Shown here one piece after another: positions 40,496 to 50,570 of a DNA stretch of 64,000 bases. The notes beneath the pieces are model-generated. The model had not been told where the DNA came from. It did not search any database and saw nothing but the letters and a program-made list of their open reading frames with translations. Source of the stretch: Chlorobiota bacterium (GTDB lineage: Bacteria; Bacteroidota; Ignavibacteria; Kapaibacteriales; NICIL-2); NCBI GenBank assembly GCA_026415505.1, contig JAOAGY010000009.1:71818-135817 (forward strand), given 5' to 3'. Every line of letters starts with the position of its first letter. Position 1 is the first letter of the stretch. A program made the position numbers and the translations under genes.

Positions 40496-40956
40496 CCGGC
40501 ATCTTCGAGGAAGTCGCGAAGGATCAGAGCGGCAGCGATCTCGTCGGTGCGTCCCCGACGCAGGCGCTGGCTACGTCGGACTCCGATTTCGACCATCGTC
40601 GCAACAGCACGACGCGACGTGAACGACTCGTCAACGAGCATCACCGGCAGCTCACTGATTCGCTCCAGTCGCTCGGCAAAGTTGTTGATTTCCAGTACCA
40701 GCGGAGAAATCGTCCCATCGTCGCGGAGCGGTACACCGACCAAACAAAAGTGGATGCGCTCGCGATGCAACGCTTCGAGAATGTCGTCCCACAACGTCGG
40801 AGACTGCCGTTGGAATGTCCCTTTCGGTGTTATCGTCACATGGTACTCGTCGCAAATTGCCCAGCCGATGCGTTTGCGTCCGTAGTCGAATGCCGCACCA
40901 CGCCGGCGGTGCACCAATTGACGGAGCGTTCGAGGATCAACGCTCGTGTCGAACAT
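40492..40956 (-). CDS. ruvX: YqgF/RuvX-like pre-16S rRNA nuclease (Holliday junction resolvase-like)
   Basis: The N-terminal motif AFDYGRKRIGWAICDE corresponds to the YqgF GxDxGxKRIGxA catalytic motif. About 150 aa. Stop overlaps the GWxTD gene start (ATGA). Confidence 0.7.
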   Translation of the reverse strand: MFDTSVDPRTLRQLVHRRRGAAFDYGRKRIGWAICDEYHVTITPKGTFQRQSPTLWDDILEALHRERIHFCLVGVPLRDDGTISPLVLEINNFAERLERISELPVMLVDESFTSRRAVATMVEIGVRRSQRLRRGRTDEIAAALILRDFLEDAG

Positions 40957-43006
40957 ACAGCGTTCGTGGAAGGTGAAACAGCACGGTGGTACCTCGACCG
41001 AGTTCGGAGCGGACCTCGACCGTACCGCCGTGGAGCGCGATCATTTGTTGCATGATCATCGAGCCGAAACCATGACCTGTGCGGCTGGTCGTAAAAAACG
41101 GCTGCTGAAATCGGCGCAGCGTTTCGACGTCCATACCGCGTCCTGTATCGCGCACACCCACGACGATATCGTTCGCTGTCAACTCTGCCCACAGTTCGAT
41201 CGTTCCGCCGTCGTTGCCGAGAGCTTTGACGGCATTGGTCAACGCATTGTGGAGCGCTCGCGCGATTCGACGGCGATCGAGTCGTACCACCAGCGTCGTA
41301 GGACGAACAACGAGCGAAATCTGTGCATCAGCAATCGGGCGGAGTTCCTCGACGGACTCGCTGAGCACATCCATCAGTGCGCACTCTTCGAGTCGGACCG
41401 AATCGCCTCGACCCAGTGCGAGCAAGTCGCGAACACGATCGAGAAGGATGTTCGTCTGACGGAGAATGCGCTGGAGCGGTCCTCGGCGGTCGTCCGAGAG
41501 CGAGCTTGTGAGTTGCTCTGCAGAGAGTCGGATCGTTGCCAAATTGGTTTGCATGTCGTGCGCCAACTGTGCCCAGTTGAGCAATCGCCAATGCTCGTAC
41601 TGAGCGGTGACGTCGAACACGGACACCAACACGCCCTCGAGTCGGTCGAAATTGTTGACGAGCGGTTCAACATTGACGATGTACCGCCGCTCACCAGCAT
41701 TGGTCTCGGCTGCGACCTCCTCGACGATCGACGTGCGCTCGGCGATCGCCTGCTCGACAACGCGAGCGATTCGTTCCCAGCGACCATCGAGATAATCGCC
41801 GAGCAAGCGCCCCAGCGGAGCGCTCGGCTGTATATCGAAGAGTTGCCGTGCCATCGTGTTGAGACGCTGGAGCCGCATTCCCCGATCCAACAATAGCAAG
41901 GCAGCACCCGCACTTCGCTCGAGCAACGTGCCGAGCAATCTGCGATGCCGACCGATCCGGCGAAGGACAATGCCGAGTACAATCGCGACAGCAAGCCCGA
42001 TCGCGATCCGATACACGACCGGTATGCTCTGCTCCAACCACCACATCGGGTTCGACGCCACAACGATCGAAAGCGCTCCATCATCGCCACCGACGACAAT
42101 TTTATCGGCTCGACGGAATGCCCAACGAATCGTTCGCGGCAACCCGATCGTCGTCCCACCGTGGACAGCGAGCACCTGCTGCGGTGTCGCCAGTACTACT
42201 CCGCTGCGGAAAAGTGCCACTGCTGTATCACCGACCAGCACGAGTGCCTGTGGTTCGTAAAGTGCCGACGGCATCAAAAGAGTCTGTGCAACGACTGCCT
42301 CGCCGCGTTCGTTTCGGGTGTACCATTCGATAGCATATCCCGACCGTGTCGCGACAATCGTGGCGGCTCGGTGGGCATCGGCAACAGCGTATTCGAGACG
42401 ACCCGGCACAAAAGTCGAGAATTGTTTTCGCGCAGTAGGTACGTGGATTCCTTCCCATACCATCAGCTGCGGTGCGAGCGATATCAACATGGTGACCACA
42501 CTATCGGGCACCGATGCGATAGATTTTGCAGCGGTGCGGAGTCCGATTTTCCCGAGCGTGAATACGCTAAGCGTAGCAGCATCGAGAATGAGAGCGTCGC
42601 CATCGTCCGCAATCCACAAACAACGGCTGCCGTCTGTCGCAGCAATGAATCTGCCATTGCGTCCGACGTGAACGCCGAGAGTATCGAATCGCTTTGCATG
42701 TCTCCAGCAAAGAAAACACGTCGAATCCCCGCTGCCGATCGCCAGGACGTAACCGACAGCCGTCGGGAAAGCATCGAGTATCGGAGCAGTGATCGTTAGC
42801 CTGTGGCTCGTTGTGCCAGCAACAACAATCACAGCCGAGCGTGATCGGTCGAGCCCGACAACAGCAGCGTTGTCCGGTCCTATCGTTACTGCACCGAGTG
42901 TGTCGGGAAGTCGAGCGACGCTCAGCGACAGCCGATACCGCGACTGCTCAGCAGGGATGCAGCCACAGAGACACAGAACGACTGCAATCGCCCAGCACAC
43001 TTTCAT
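40937..43006 (-). CDS. sensor histidine kinase with lipoprotein-like signal and large extracytoplasmic (beta-propeller-like) sensor domain
   Basis: Start at [16 protein letters not shown] (M208 of ORF 40937..43627), overlapping the ispF stop (ATGA). About 320 aa periplasmic region, a TM helix ([21 protein letters not shown]), and a HisKA-like H-box segment ([15 protein letters not shown]). The HATPase_c is intact: N-box [13 protein letters not shown]1 DTGRGM, G2 GHGFGS. No response regulator is adjacent. Confidence 0.75.
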   Translation of the reverse strand: MKVCWAIAVVLCLCGCIPAEQSRYRLSLSVARLPDTLGAVTIGPDNAAVVGLDRSRSAVIVVAGTTSHRLTITAPILDAFPTAVGYVLAIGSGDSTCFLCWRHAKRFDTLGVHVGRNGRFIAATDGSRCLWIADDGDALILDAATLSVFTLGKIGLRTAAKSIASVPDSVVTMLISLAPQLMVWEGIHVPTARKQFSTFVPGRLEYAVADAHRAATIVATRSGYAIEWYTRNERGEAVVAQTLLMPSALYEPQALVLVGDTAVALFRSGVVLATPQQVLAVHGGTTIGLPRTIRWAFRRADKIVVGGDDGALSIVVASNPMWWLEQSIPVVYRIAIGLAVAIVLGIVLRRIGRHRRLLGTLLERSAGAALLLLDRGMRLQRLNTMARQLFDIQPSAPLGRLLGDYLDGRWERIARVVEQAIAERTSIVEEVAAETNAGERRYIVNVEPLVNNFDRLEGVLVSVFDVTAQYEHWRLLNWAQLAHDMQTNLATIRLSAEQLTSSLSDDRRGPLQRILRQTNILLDRVRDLLALGRGDSVRLEECALMDVLSESVEELRPIADAQISLVVRPTTLVVRLDRRRIARALHNALTNAVKALGNDGGTIELWAELTANDIVVGVRDTGRGMDVETLRRFQQPFFTTSRTGHGFGSMIMQQMIALHGGTVEVRSELGRGTTVLFHLPRTLYVRHER

Positions 43007-43479
43007 CGCAATTCCTCGAGCAAACAGACGCAGTACGCTGCGACACCCTCTCCACGACCGACGAATCCGACGCCTTCGCTCGTTGTCGCCTTGACCGATA
43101 CCGCCTCGATCGGCACACGGCACAGATGTGCGATCTTCTCTCGCATCGCAACTTTGTACGGCGCGATTTTCGGTGATTCCAGCAGCACCGTTACATCCAC
43201 ATTCACGATGCCCAGCGACCGCTCGTGTACCATGCGGCAGACGTGCTCGACGAACTTTTCGCTCGGTGCATTCTTCCACTGCGAGTCGGTATCGGGAAAA
43301 TGCTCGCCGATGTCGCCGAGCGCAGCAGCACCCAACAGCGCATCGCAGAGGGCATGGAGAACGACATCGCCATCGCTGTGCGCGCAAGCGCCGAACGGAG
43401 CCGGCACCCGCACACCACCGAGCATCAGATGATCGCCCGACGCGAAGCGATGAACATCGAAGCCAAAACCTATGCGCAT
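43003..43479 (-). CDS. ispF: 2-C-methyl-D-erythritol 2,4-cyclodiphosphate synthase IspF
   Basis: [19 protein letters not shown], and the whole length match IspF. ATG at 43477-43479; the ORF-track start at 43485 is a TTG. Confidence 0.9.
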   Translation of the reverse strand: MRIGFGFDVHRFASGDHLMLGGVRVPAPFGACAHSDGDVVLHALCDALLGAAALGDIGEHFPDTDSQWKNAPSEKFVEHVCRMVHERSLGIVNVDVTVLLESPKIAPYKVAMREKIAHLCRVPIEAVSVKATTSEGVGFVGRGEGVAAYCVCLLEELR

Positions 43480-43511
43480 CGGCAAGCCCGGAATAATTCG
43501 ACACTGCTAAT

Positions 43512-44753
43512 TTGCACAACATGAACGAACACGTGCTGACAGTCACACTGCTGACACAAGCGATTCGCCAGACGCTCGAGGACGAATTCCCGCTCGTGCA
43601 GGTCGTCGGCGAAGTGTCGAACTTCAAGCACCACCAGTCGGGACATCGCTACTTTACGCTCAAGGACGAAGGTGCACAAATCCGCTGCGTTCTCTGGCGC
43701 GGACGTCCCGTTCCTGTCGAACTCCGCGACGGCATGCTTGTCAGAGTCCGCGGACGTGTGACGGTCTATCCGCTGCAGGGCAACTATCAAATCGACTGCT
43801 ACGACGTCGTTCCGGCTGGTATCGGCGATCTCTACGTCGCATTCGAACAACTCAAACGCGAGCTTGCAGCCGCCGGATACTTCGACCCAGCACGCAAACG
43901 CCCGCTGCCACGACTACCGCGCACGATTGGAGTTGCAACCTCGCCGACAGGCGCAGCGATTCGCGACATTCTCACGACACTCGAACGGCGCAATCCCGCA
44001 GCAACGGTCGTCTTCCGACCGACGCTCGTTCAGGGCGCCGACGCAGCAGCCGACATCGCACGCGCAATCGCTGAGCTGGAAGCCTACGGCTGCGACGTCA
44101 TCATCGTCGGTCGCGGCGGCGGTTCGATCGAGGACCTCTGGGCATTCAACACGCGCACTGTCGCCGATGCGATCTATCGCTGCAGTGTGCCGGTCGTCTC
44201 GGCAGTCGGACACGAAACCGATGTGACGATCGCCGATTTCGTCGCCGACGTTCGTGCTGCGACGCCGACGGCAGCCGCCGAACTGTGCACGCCGATTCGA
44301 CGCGACGACATCCTCTACTGGCTCGACGAATGGCACGAACGCTCGCTCGGCGCACTGCTCGATGCACTCGACGAGGCTGCACTGCGTGCGCAGCAATTCG
44401 CATCACCGGCAACGCACCGAATGCTGATGCAACACTGCGATCATCTCGCCTATCACGCAGGCAATCTCGCACACTTTGCAACGACGTCTCTGGTGCAGCA
44501 CGTGGAGCGTTTTCACCAGCGACTCGACCGCGCCGAGCATGCACTCGCGCTCTTGCATCCTCTGGCGCCGCTCCAGCGAGGATTTGCGATCGTCGAACGC
44601 GATGGAACGATTCTCTCCCCCGACATGCCGTTGCACACCGGCGATCGCATTCGCATTCATCGTCGCACCGACAGCGCATCAGCACTCGTTACCGATACGA
44701 CAACCGACGATCACTGGTTCAGCCATGGCAAAAAAACAACCGACGATCGATGA
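43512..44753 (+). CDS. xseA: exodeoxyribonuclease VII large subunit XseA
   Basis: OB-fold N-terminus (VQVVGEVSNFKHHQSGHRYFTLKD) and the catalytic region GRGGGSIEDLWAFN. Confidence 0.9.
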   Translation: MHNMNEHVLTVTLLTQAIRQTLEDEFPLVQVVGEVSNFKHHQSGHRYFTLKDEGAQIRCVLWRGRPVPVELRDGMLVRVRGRVTVYPLQGNYQIDCYDVVPAGIGDLYVAFEQLKRELAAAGYFDPARKRPLPRLPRTIGVATSPTGAAIRDILTTLERRNPAATVVFRPTLVQGADAAADIARAIAELEAYGCDVIIVGRGGGSIEDLWAFNTRTVADAIYRCSVPVVSAVGHETDVTIADFVADVRAATPTAAAELCTPIRRDDILYWLDEWHERSLGALLDALDEAALRAQQFASPATHRMLMQHCDHLAYHAGNLAHFATTSLVQHVERFHQRLDRAEHALALLHPLAPLQRGFAIVERDGTILSPDMPLHTGDRIRIHRRTDSASALVTDTTTDDHWFSHGKKTTDDR

Positions 44754-44949
44754 ACAACTGCGACGCTTGGAAGAAATCCGCCTGATCCTCGAAAGCGGCG
44801 ATCGCCCGATCGAACAGCTCGTCCAGCTCTACGAAGTAGGCATCGAGCTTGCCAAGAGCATTCGCGAAAAACTCCAAGCGATCCGCCAGCGCATCGTCAC
44901 ACTCGGCGAGCAAATCGGCGCCGATCGCTCCACTGCCGACGAGGGCTAA
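44725..44949 (+). CDS. xseB: exodeoxyribonuclease VII small subunit XseB
   Basis: A 74-aa helical protein, MAKKQPTIDEQLRRLEEI...LVQLYEVGIELAKSIREKL, typical of XseB. Overlaps the xseA 3' end by 29 nt. Confidence 0.8.
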   Translation: MAKKQPTIDEQLRRLEEIRLILESGDRPIEQLVQLYEVGIELAKSIREKLQAIRQRIVTLGEQIGADRSTADEG

Positions 44950-45935
44950 TGCTCCCGTTTCATCTGGCGAGTCATCAGTTCCGTGATCGCCTGGCGCGGG
45001 TCTTTCCCCTCGAACAAGATGCGATAGACTTGCTCTGCGATCGGCATTTCGACGCCGTAATCGCCCGCCAGCTCGAGTGCCGAAACAGTCGTCGCGATGC
45101 CTTCGGCGACCATCTTCATCGAAGCGACGATGGATTCGAGCGATTCACCGCGTCCGATGCGTTCGCCGACGAGCCGATTGCGCGAGTGTCGGGACGTACA
45201 CGTGACGAACAAATCTCCCAGTCCGCTCAGTCCGCTGAAGGTCAGTGGATTGGCGCCGAGTTCGGTTCCGAGTCGGGTCATCTCTGCCAAGCCGCGCGTG
45301 ACGAGCGCTGCTTTCGTGTTGTCTCCCATTTCCAGTCCGTCGATGATGCCCGCAGCGATCGCGATGACGTTTTTGAGTGCACCGCCGAGTTCGACTCCCA
45401 CGACATCGAGCGAGCGGTAAATGCGGAACGTCGGCGTACTGAGCGCGCGCTGGACGATCTCGGCAGCGCTTTCGCTCGTGGATGCAGCGACGACCGTCGT
45501 CGGTACACCGCGGGCGACTTCTTCGGCGTGGCTCGGACCGCTGAGCACGACGTATTCGTCGCTTGCCACACCGGCGACGCTCCGCAGAAGCTGCGAAATC
45601 CGGAGATGTGTGCCGCGCTCGATACCTTTGGCAGCGTTGACGACGAGCTTGCCTCGCAGCGGCGGGTTGTAGTGTGTCAGCACCGCGCGCATGTGTTGCG
45701 TCGGCACTGCGACAATGACCAGATCGGCGCGTTCGATGGAGTGGAGCGACGTCGTGATTTCGATACCATCGGGAATGCGGATAGCCGGCAGGTATTGCGG
45801 ATTCTCGCGCCGTTTGGCGATTTCATCGGCGAGTGTATCGTGTCGCGTCCAGAGCACGACGCGATGGCTGTTGGCGGCAGCGACGCACGCCAGCGCCGTT
45901 CCCCATCCGCCGGCACCGAGAATGGCAATGTTCAT
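44946..45935 (-). CDS. gpsA: NAD(P)H-dependent glycerol-3-phosphate dehydrogenase GpsA
   Basis: ILGAGGWGTALA Rossmann motif and the GALKNVIAIAAG signature. Confidence 0.9.
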   Translation of the reverse strand: MNIAILGAGGWGTALACVAAANSHRVVLWTRHDTLADEIAKRRENPQYLPAIRIPDGIEITTSLHSIERADLVIVAVPTQHMRAVLTHYNPPLRGKLVVNAAKGIERGTHLRISQLLRSVAGVASDEYVVLSGPSHAEEVARGVPTTVVAASTSESAAEIVQRALSTPTFRIYRSLDVVGVELGGALKNVIAIAAGIIDGLEMGDNTKAALVTRGLAEMTRLGTELGANPLTFSGLSGLGDLFVTCTSRHSRNRLVGERIGRGESLESIVASMKMVAEGIATTVSALELAGDYGVEMPIAEQVYRILFEGKDPRQAITELMTRQMKREH

Positions 45936-45951
45936 CGCGGTCGGACGCTCG

Positions 45952-46659
45952 TCATTTGTGCTTGAATGCGCACCGTATGCGAATGAGCCAGAGTTTCTCG
46001 AAACGATGCTCCCGCCCTTCGAGCAGCCGCTTGATGTTGCTCCGGTGAGCGTAGATCACCAGCAGCGAGACCGCAACGGAAAACCAAATGAGAACGTCGT
46101 AGCCGTTGATGTCCACGCCACAGATGTTGTGCCGCACGAGCATCGCACTGGGGAAGACGATCGCCGCCGAGATCGAACCGAGCGAAATGTAGCCACTGAG
46201 CATGACGGCGAGCAAAAACACGCCGACGGCGATGGCGATTTCGACCGGTGCGATCCCGATGAGCATCCCTGCTGCCGTGTTGACACCTTTGCCGCCGCGG
46301 AATCCGACGAAAACGCTGAAGATGTGCCCGATGACCGCCGCTGTACCGGCGATCAAGCGCACCACAGTGATGTCTTCGAACGGCGTGTAGTTGGTGAACG
46401 GGAGCACATGATCGGTCATCAACTGCGCCACGAGCGTCACTGCCGCGACACCTTTGAGCACGTCCACGACTTGCACGAGCAGTCCCCACTTCCATCCGAG
46501 CACGCGGAATGCATTCGTGCTTCCCATGTTGCCGCTGCCGCGCGTGCGTATGTCGAATCCGAAAAAGAGCCGACTGACGACGACCGCCGTCGGAAACGAA
46601 CCGAGCAAGTAGCTGATCACCGCGACTGCAAGCAGCCGTTCGGGTGATTCGAAAACCAT
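45952..46659 (-). CDS. plsY: glycerol-3-phosphate acyltransferase PlsY
   Basis: FRGGKGVNTAAG and GSGNMGSTNAFR motifs, with about 5 TM helices. ATG at M6 of the ORF. Confidence 0.85.
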   Translation of the reverse strand: MVFESPERLLAVAVISYLLGSFPTAVVVSRLFFGFDIRTRGSGNMGSTNAFRVLGWKWGLLVQVVDVLKGVAAVTLVAQLMTDHVLPFTNYTPFEDITVVRLIAGTAAVIGHIFSVFVGFRGGKGVNTAAGMLIGIAPVEIAIAVGVFLLAVMLSGYISLGSISAAIVFPSAMLVRHNICGVDINGYDVLIWFSVAVSLLVIYAHRSNIKRLLEGREHRFEKLWLIRIRCAFKHK

Positions 46660-46779
46660 CGTGCGCCAATGCAATCGTGAAACATGCGCGCAAAATTATC
46701 GCGTGCCAGGACGGACGTCAACATATTTGCGTGTGCTATCCGTCTTGTGGCACGTTTGCACCATCGCACATTTCGACCA

Positions 46780-48114
46780 ATGAACGACACTTTGACCGCG
46801 ACGCGTCGCCGTCTCGAAGAAATCGAGCGTGAGCTGGCATCGCTCCGCGAAGAATACGCGCGGCTGAAAGCACGATGGGAAGAGGAAAAATCCCTCATCA
46901 GCCGCATTCGGAGCATCAAAGAGCAGATCGAGCAGACTAAGCTCGAAGCCGCCGACGCCGAACGCATCGGCGATTACGGTCGGGTAGCCGAGCTGCGCTA
47001 CGGTGTGCTGCTCCAGTTGCAAAAAGAACTCGACCAACTCAACGAGCAGCTCGCCAAGCTTCAAGCCGAAGGCGCCATGCTCAAAGAAGAAGTCGGCGCC
47101 GAAGACATTGCCGAAATCGTCGCCAAATGGACCGGCATACCCGTCCAACGCATGCTCGAATCGGAGCGAACCAAGCTGCTCAAAATGGAAGAGCGCCTGC
47201 ACCAACGCATCGTGGACCAAGACGAAGCGATTACGACGATCGCCAATGCCATTCGTCGCGCGCGCGCAGGGCTTTCCGATCCCAATCGTCCCATCGGTTC
47301 GTTCATCTTTCTCGGCACGACCGGCGTCGGCAAAACCGAGATGGCGAAAGCTCTGGCGGAGTTTCTCTTCGACGACGAAAACGCCATCGTTCGCATCGAT
47401 ATGAGCGAGTACATGGAGAAGCACTCCGTCTCCCGCTTGATCGGTGCGCCGCCTGGCTACGTCGGCTACGAAGAAGGTGGGCAACTGACCGAGGCAGTGC
47501 GTCGCCGTCCGTACTCGGTGGTGCTTTTCGACGAAATCGAAAAAGCGCACAACGACGTGTTCAACGTTCTGCTCCAGGTACTCGACGACGGACGACTGAC
47601 CGACAACAAAGGGCGAACGGTCAACTTCCGCAACACGATCATCATCATGACGTCGAATCTCGGCACAGAGGTCTTGCTCGAGCGGCTGCACGAAGTGACA
47701 GAAGACAATCGCGACGAGATCATGCGCGAAGCCCGGGTGCGCATTGCCGAGATTTTGCGCCAGCGCTTCCGTCCGGAGTTTCTCAACCGCATCGACGAAA
47801 TCATCGTCTTCAAGCCGCTCACGCGCAGCGAAATCCGGCAGATCGTTTTGCTGCAAGTCCGCTCGCTCCAAAAGCGGCTCGAACAGAACGGCATCCATTT
47901 CGAGATGACCGACGAGGTAGCCGATTGGCTCGGCACGGTCGGTTTCGATCCCCAGTTCGGCGCGCGACCGCTCAAGCGTGCGATTCAGCGACACATCACC
48001 GATCCGCTCTCGCTCAAAATTTTGGCGGGAGAATTCGTCGCAGGCGATCGCATCGTCGCGCGGCTCGACGAGCGCGGGTTGCCGGCGTTCTACAAGGAAA
48101 ACACAGCGTCGTAG
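46780..48114 (+). CDS. clpB: ClpB C-terminal half only (second half of middle coiled-coil domain + NBD2 + C-terminal domain), about 444 aa; possible pseudogene, split gene or lineage-specific truncated paralog
   Basis: Collinear with E. coli ClpB residues ~450-857 (AKWTGIPVQRMLESERTKLL, FIFLGTTGVGKTE, RIDMSEYMEKHSVSRLIGAPPGYVGYEEGGQLTEAVRRRPYSVVLFDEIEKAH, LLQVLDDGRLTD). There is no N-domain or NBD1 upstream; plsY is divergent immediately upstream. Confidence 0.7.
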   Translation: MNDTLTATRRRLEEIERELASLREEYARLKARWEEEKSLISRIRSIKEQIEQTKLEAADAERIGDYGRVAELRYGVLLQLQKELDQLNEQLAKLQAEGAMLKEEVGAEDIAEIVAKWTGIPVQRMLESERTKLLKMEERLHQRIVDQDEAITTIANAIRRARAGLSDPNRPIGSFIFLGTTGVGKTEMAKALAEFLFDDENAIVRIDMSEYMEKHSVSRLIGAPPGYVGYEEGGQLTEAVRRRPYSVVLFDEIEKAHNDVFNVLLQVLDDGRLTDNKGRTVNFRNTIIIMTSNLGTEVLLERLHEVTEDNRDEIMREARVRIAEILRQRFRPEFLNRIDEIIVFKPLTRSEIRQIVLLQVRSLQKRLEQNGIHFEMTDEVADWLGTVGFDPQFGARPLKRAIQRHITDPLSLKILAGEFVAGDRIVARLDERGLPAFYKENTAS

Positions 48115-49148
48115 CGGGCGTTGCTCGGCGCACCGTGCCGATGGATTCGCCACGGCGTCGGGTCCACCACGAAATCGAGCCGCCGATACCGATCGGGTCC
48201 GTGCAGTTCGAGCTTGAGATGCGCCACCAGCCCGATCATCGCAGCGTTGTCGAGCACGTATTGGCGTTCGGGAACGACGACCGTTGCACCGATGCGTGCT
48301 GCGGCCTGCTGCATTTGCTCCCGTAGCCGCGCATTGGCTGCCACGCCTCCAGCGACGACGATCGTCGGCACATCGTACTGCCGCGCCGCACGAATCGTTT
48401 TGCCCACGAGCACATCTATAATCGCCTCTTGAACCGACGCTGCAAGATCGGCGCGATGGCGTTCGTCGCCGATGGGATGTTCGACCAGATACCGACGCAC
48501 CGCCGTTTTCAAACCGCTGAAACTGAACTCGTATCCGGGGTCGTCCAGCAGTGGGCGTGGAAACGCGATCGACGGCGTCCCCGACTTTGCCAATCGTTCG
48601 ATCGCCGGTCCGCCAGGATACTCCAATCCGAACAACGTCGCTACTTTGTCGAACGCTTCGCCCGCCGCATCGTCGCGCGTCGAACCGAGCAGGCGATATG
48701 TGCTCGGCGATTCGAGCAGACAGAGCAACGTGTGACCGCCGCTGGCGATCAACACGACGGCAGGCAGTTGCAGGTGCGGCTCTGCAAGGAATCCCGACAG
48801 CAAGTGCCCTTCCAAGTGATGCACCGGCACACACGGCAGCCGATAGCGCACGGCGAGTCCTTTGGCGAAATTGGCACCCACCAACAACGAACCGGCAAGC
48901 CCCGGCTGAACAGTACACGCGACGGCATCGAGCTGCTCGCATCGCATGTGCGCACGTTCGATCGCATCGGCGACGACAGACCAAATCCGCTCGATATGCG
49001 CACGCGAGGCGAGTTCGGGCACGATTCCTCCCCACCGACGATGTTCCTGCTGCGAGGCGATGATGTTGCTGACGACATGGCGATCGACGATGACGGCGGC
49101 AGCCGTCTCGTCACAGGAGCTTTCGATTGCGAGGATGCGGAATCCCAT
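48090..49148 (-). CDS. tsaD: tRNA N6-adenosine threonylcarbamoyltransferase TsaD
   Basis: Kae1/TsaD motifs (ILAIESSCDETAAA, HLEGH, SGGHT, GGVAANARL). Confidence 0.9.
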   Translation of the reverse strand: MGFRILAIESSCDETAAAVIVDRHVVSNIIASQQEHRRWGGIVPELASRAHIERIWSVVADAIERAHMRCEQLDAVACTVQPGLAGSLLVGANFAKGLAVRYRLPCVPVHHLEGHLLSGFLAEPHLQLPAVVLIASGGHTLLCLLESPSTYRLLGSTRDDAAGEAFDKVATLFGLEYPGGPAIERLAKSGTPSIAFPRPLLDDPGYEFSFSGLKTAVRRYLVEHPIGDERHRADLAASVQEAIIDVLVGKTIRAARQYDVPTIVVAGGVAANARLREQMQQAAARIGATVVVPERQYVLDNAAMIGLVAHLKLELHGPDRYRRLDFVVDPTPWRIHRHGAPSNARYDAVFSL

Positions 49149-49151
49149 CGC

Positions 49152-50570
49152 CTACCATGAGTGACGCACCGTGTAGCGAAACGTCGTCGCACCGCGAGCG
49201 GGAACATTGACGGTGAACTCGGCTCGCGACGAGGAACGCTTGGCAAACGGCACCGTGCTGTCGGTTATCGTCCACGCACCTGCGAACGATTCGACGACCG
49301 TTACGTCTCGCGCGCTCGGCGAGCCGTTGCGAACGGTGTACTCGACGGTGTACTGAGCAGCTCGGTCGGCGATGCGTGCGTAGTTGACCTCCTTTCGCAC
49401 TGCACGCAAATCGAAAACATCGCCGATTGTGAGTGCGATCTTGTCGCCGAACGGCGTGTGGCTGATGTCGTCTTCGCCGAGCAGTTGAAGTGTGCCACCC
49501 TGATCGCGACGCCAGACACGCACCGTTCCCGCCGGCAGCGGCTGCGAATCGGACGGCGTGTTGACGAACTCGACGACATTCGAGACAGCCAATTCGACAC
49601 TGTCGCTTTCGCGCATCTGATAGGCGGGATAGTACCGTCCCCACACGATTGCACGACGCACGTAGGGCAGCGTTGTCGGCGGACGAAGTGCCAGTGTCGT
49701 CGTCGTATTGGCGGCAATCGTTGCTCCCGACGAAATCGTGTAGAGGTGGTATTCGTCGAGTTGTTCGCGTGCTGGCACATCGTCGCTGGCAGCCATCGTG
49801 CGAGCCGCTGTCATGAACTCGACGTTCGGGCGAGCGAGCTTGCGGCGCAGATTCACCGAACCAGCGACGAGCTGGAGCCGATCGCATCGGAAGGACGAGC
49901 GTGTCGAGTTGAGGATGTGCACCCGTCCTTCCAGTTGCAACTGTCGGTCGTCGAGCAGTGTCGCAGTATAGGTCGCCTCCCACTGCAAGCCATCGCACTG
50001 GTACACCGTCTCGAGTGAGGATCGGGTGGAGCTACCGCGGTTGACAAGACTTGCAACGAGCGTCGGGGTTAGATTCACTGCCGGCGCGGGAGCGGGAAGA
50101 ACGAGCTCGCCGCACGGAGAGACGAGCAGTTCGCCGCTACGCGTTCGGATCACAGCACCGACGTAACACGGCTGACCGCCGCCGACCATCGTCACCGGCG
50201 GAGCGAGCAATTCCCCTTCGACGATGCCGCTCGGCTGGCGAAGCACGACGCTGCGCCCGACATACGATTGCAGCATGTCACTGGCAGAAACCGACGACGT
50301 GTTGAGCGTTTGCCAGGTCACGACGACGTCTGCTGTGCTCGGTCGCACGACGACGCTCGTCGGCGAAATCATCTCCGGCAGACGTTCGATCCGAATCGAG
50401 CGCTCGCCTTTCGGGAGCGTCACGTCGAACCAGTGGCGGACGATGGCTGCGTTCGAATAAAGCGTCATCGCCGTTCGTGCGGCGGAATCGGCGCTCACGA
50501 CGATGCTTTGTGCGTGGACGACTGCGGATGCAATCGCCACGAGCAAAACGCTACGCAACAGGTTGACCAT
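49152..50570 (-). CDS. DUF4139/DUF4140-like secreted protein (conserved hypothetical; mucoidy-inhibitor MuiA-like family)
   Basis: Signal peptide MVNLLRSVLLVAIASAVVHA. Overall size and the C-terminal beta-rich region (...RDVTVVESFAGAWTITDSTVPF...) resemble TIGR02231/DUF4139 proteins. Assignment made from memory only. Confidence 0.4.
   Translation of the reverse strand: MVNLLRSVLLVAIASAVVHAQSIVVSADSAARTAMTLYSNAAIVRHWFDVTLPKGERSIRIERLPEMISPTSVVVRPSTADVVVTWQTLNTSSVSASDMLQSYVGRSVVLRQPSGIVEGELLAPPVTMVGGGQPCYVGAVIRTRSGELLVSPCGELVLPAPAPAVNLTPTLVASLVNRGSSTRSSLETVYQCDGLQWEATYTATLLDDRQLQLEGRVHILNSTRSSFRCDRLQLVAGSVNLRRKLARPNVEFMTAARTMAASDDVPAREQLDEYHLYTISSGATIAANTTTTLALRPPTTLPYVRRAIVWGRYYPAYQMRESDSVELAVSNVVEFVNTPSDSQPLPAGTVRVWRRDQGGTLQLLGEDDISHTPFGDKIALTIGDVFDLRAVRKEVNYARIADRAAQYTVEYTVRNGSPSARDVTVVESFAGAWTITDSTVPFAKRSSSRAEFTVNVPARGATTFRYTVRHSW

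Noticed and set aside
46735-46760. TGGCACG-TTTGCA motif upstream of the clpB fragment, reminiscent of a sigma54 -24/-12 promoter
   Set aside because: The GG-to-GC distance is about 8 nt rather than the required 10-11 nt, so it does not fit sigma54 geometry.
46696-49035. 779-aa minus-strand ORF antisense to clpB-C and tsaD, and similar long antisense ORFs (50503..52368 plus; 45691..46647 plus; 45932..46693 minus; 17857..18609 minus)
   Set aside because: Arg/Ala-rich, no domain similarity, and fully overlapped by confidently identified genes on the other strand or in another frame. High-GC artefacts.
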